A DNA stretch of 64,000 nt from Paraspadella gotoi (taxonomy: Eukaryota; Animalia; Chaetognatha), in NCBI GenBank assembly GCA_051294375.1, contig CM119264.1:14472682-14536681 (forward strand), given 5' to 3'. This document shows positions 61,417-64,000 of the stretch, one piece after another. The notes beneath the pieces were generated by a model that did not search any database, was not told the origin of the DNA, and was given only the letters and a program-made list of their open reading frames with translations. Position 1 is the stretch's first letter, and each line of letters starts with the position of its first letter. A program made the translations under genes and the position numbers.

Positions 61417-64000
61417 TGAAGTGGGAAACCCGAAGCAAAGAAAAACGTTTTTGGCAACAAAAGCAATCTTCGGTCCTTTCCTGTTCCCGGGCGGACTCAT
61501 AAAAACTTGATGACACGCTGACACGTCATCGCAGAAGGGAAACTCCGGAGGGTGAAGCTCCGTTCACGACGACGCTGGCCGAGTGAGAGAAAAATTCCAA
61601 GCGTGAACCTCACCGAGCGCGAAACTGGTCCAGCGTCACAATTCCGAAAAGCTTTCGTTTTCTTGAAGATAGAATAAAGAGAGTAAAGAAGGTACATGGG
61701 AACGAAAAGTCAAGCAACGAAAAATAAAGAGTAGCGACAAGAACCTGGAAAGGCAATATTTTTTTGTCACGTTAACCGTGAGTGAATCTAATCTTGTGTG
61801 AAAAGCTAGTAGCCAAAGGAGATTGTGATGGAAAGAAGTTATTGGCATGAAACTGGTCATTCGCGCAAGAGTGGAACTCGAACTTAAGAATCTCTTAGCG
61901 TGAAATATTCCGAGGGAAAAATGCGTCCAATAAAAGGGATCTCACCAGTCACCAGTTTAATATTCTGCTGTGAATACACCGAACGTCATTTTTAAAACAG
62001 CAACCAATTTGAGGCGCAGCGCCTGTTGGCGCGTGGGATTTTTCCCTGCGATATTCAGCGTTCGGAAAGTTCGATTCTCTCGGAAGGCTGTTGTTTAATT
62101 GACCCGTCACTCAATCTGACATTCGAACGTCCACACGTCTCGATCGTGGAACACAATAAAATAATTAAAACTCATAAAAAAAACCCAGAAGCTGGGTTTA
62201 TTTCACGTACTTTTTAAGTGTTAGTTTTAAAATTCACCTTTTAAACCCACTGTAGAAACCCCCCTAAATAAACACTTTTTTCTAGAAAAATAGCGCCTTT
62301 GTGCAAACGGCATTCACCGCAAAAACCGCCGACTGCGAATCGCTAACATGGAAGGGAGGGAATTCGGTTTGCCTTGAATTTAAAGCGAAAAGAAGATGGA
62401 GAGAATATATATACTACTAGTATCTAATGTATTTGTCCGAATTGAAAGCTTATTTGATTTCTCTAAACGGTTTAGTAAACCCCATCCACAAAACTAAAGC
62501 GGAATTTAATTAAATTTCAAATTTTTTTATTCAAATGAAAATAGTAAAATAGTTTTTTTCTAAATCTCGAATTTTGAAATTTTTCGAATACGACGTCAAA
62601 AAAAATTCGTTTGGACTCGACTGTCTGCTCGTGACTTGTTAATCACAAAATAGAAACAGGAGAAGAGGCAGAACCAAGCGTGCGAACGTGCGTAGTTTGC
62701 CAGACACAGTGACGGATTAAACGGCGCGGTGTCTGAAATCCCCACACCGTGACAAAGCTCTCTTTCGTTTGACTTAAACTGGCGGGACTGCGAATGAGAA
62801 GTCTCCTGGAATTTCTCCGGGAGGCGGTGGCGGTGGCGGTGGTTTTCTCCTTAATGGATTGAGGGGTCGACTTTCGCGATTCGAGTTTCACATCCGGACT
62901 TTGACGGGCGCCGACCAAAACTTTCATTGGCCTCCAGTTTCACATAAAGACTCCCGTTTAGACCAACGTCCAACAATTCCAGAATCGTTCCAATTTCTAC
63001 GAGTGACTTTTTTCTCGGCCAGACGATGATCGGATGACGATGATATTGAACTCAGAATTTAAAAAAAAAATCGATCCGCGAGAGAGAATAAGAACGCTTT
63101 GAACAGGTCCCTTTCAGCTCCTTTTCAATAGAAAGCTAAATCTGAAAATAGGTCAAATCCTTTCAGCAACTTTAAACGCGAAAAATTCAAAACATTTCAA
63201 AAATATTTCAAAAACATCTGCTCTTACAACAGAGAAGGCAATTAGAGTGTATCCATGTACTTTTTAAGAAACTTAATTTTGCTGTTATCACAATATACAA
63301 TAAATTTTTCAGTCGCACCGCTTGTACACTGTACAATACAATGTACAGTGTGTCTCAATGGTACTGTCTGTTAATAAAAGCTGACTGTATGGCAACAGCC
63401 GGGCTGCCTGTGATGCCCATTGGGATGGGGCATTTTACTGTTGGCTTTGGGGGCTTCCGACCCTCAGTGAGGCCTCCAGTCAATGGCGCGGTTACCCTAA
63501 GACGGTCTCGCTTTGCCAACGTAGAGGGATGTCGTTAGGACTGTAATTTTTTAAAAATGATTATTAAAATATTTATTAAATATCTTTTATGAAATTGGTA
63601 CAATGTTAATGATTAAATAATCTTTTAAATCGTTTCCTTAGATGCAGGACAGTAAGAAACAACCTTTTTTTTTAGTTAAAGAGCTTTTATAATACAGTAT
63701 TTATTCTTTTATAAAATTATATATTTACCTTATTTATATTANNNNNNNNNNNNNNNNNACCTCGGCGCAAATTCTTTAAATTTAACTTGCCTGTTGTTGG
63801 TTTATGATGAAACTGAACTAAGTATCGACGCTCTCCCTAATCCGAAACTCGTCTTTTTTGGTCGAGTCAGAGCCACCTTAGTTCAAGATCCAATCATGAC
63901 GATTTCAACATAATGCATGAATATTTTATTCTTAACTTTTTAGCCGATCATAAACTCTTTTTTTTGTCTTTTTGGATGGAGAAAGAACGTAAGATGGGGA

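Noticed and set aside
61086-63050. GC-rich exon-like blocks near the right end
   Set aside because: No phase-consistent splice chain or recognisable domain could be built.

Overview
Eukaryotic DNA, by inference from an invertebrate metazoan draft assembly: AT-rich introns, GT-AG exons, dense microsatellites and many N gaps. Most ORFs in the supplied track are microsatellite noise. Manual splicing recovers two minus-strand multi-exon genes. One is a C1orf87-like EF-hand-domain gene (about 1745-5378). The other is a three-Ig-domain cell-surface IgSF gene (about 8200-24594), with a 4.1-kb non-autonomous hAT transposon in one intron (8-bp TSD CTTTATTA). The hAT carries a nested foldback element, two Penelope-type hammerhead-ribozyme remnants and a telomere-like satellite. 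The right half is dominated by three large inverted-repeat systems (28.3-32.3, 37.5-44.4 and 47.9-53.9 kb) plus low-complexity candidate exons. Six gaps are exactly 25 N, and several are flanked by indel-riddled duplicates, so several duplications are probably gap-filling artefacts. No novel system is demonstrated. The best candidate is the gap-free nested inverted repeat at 28.3-32.3 kb, in which antisense copies cover a phase-consistent chain of small exons and their splice sites. All homology calls come from motif recognition, not database searches.
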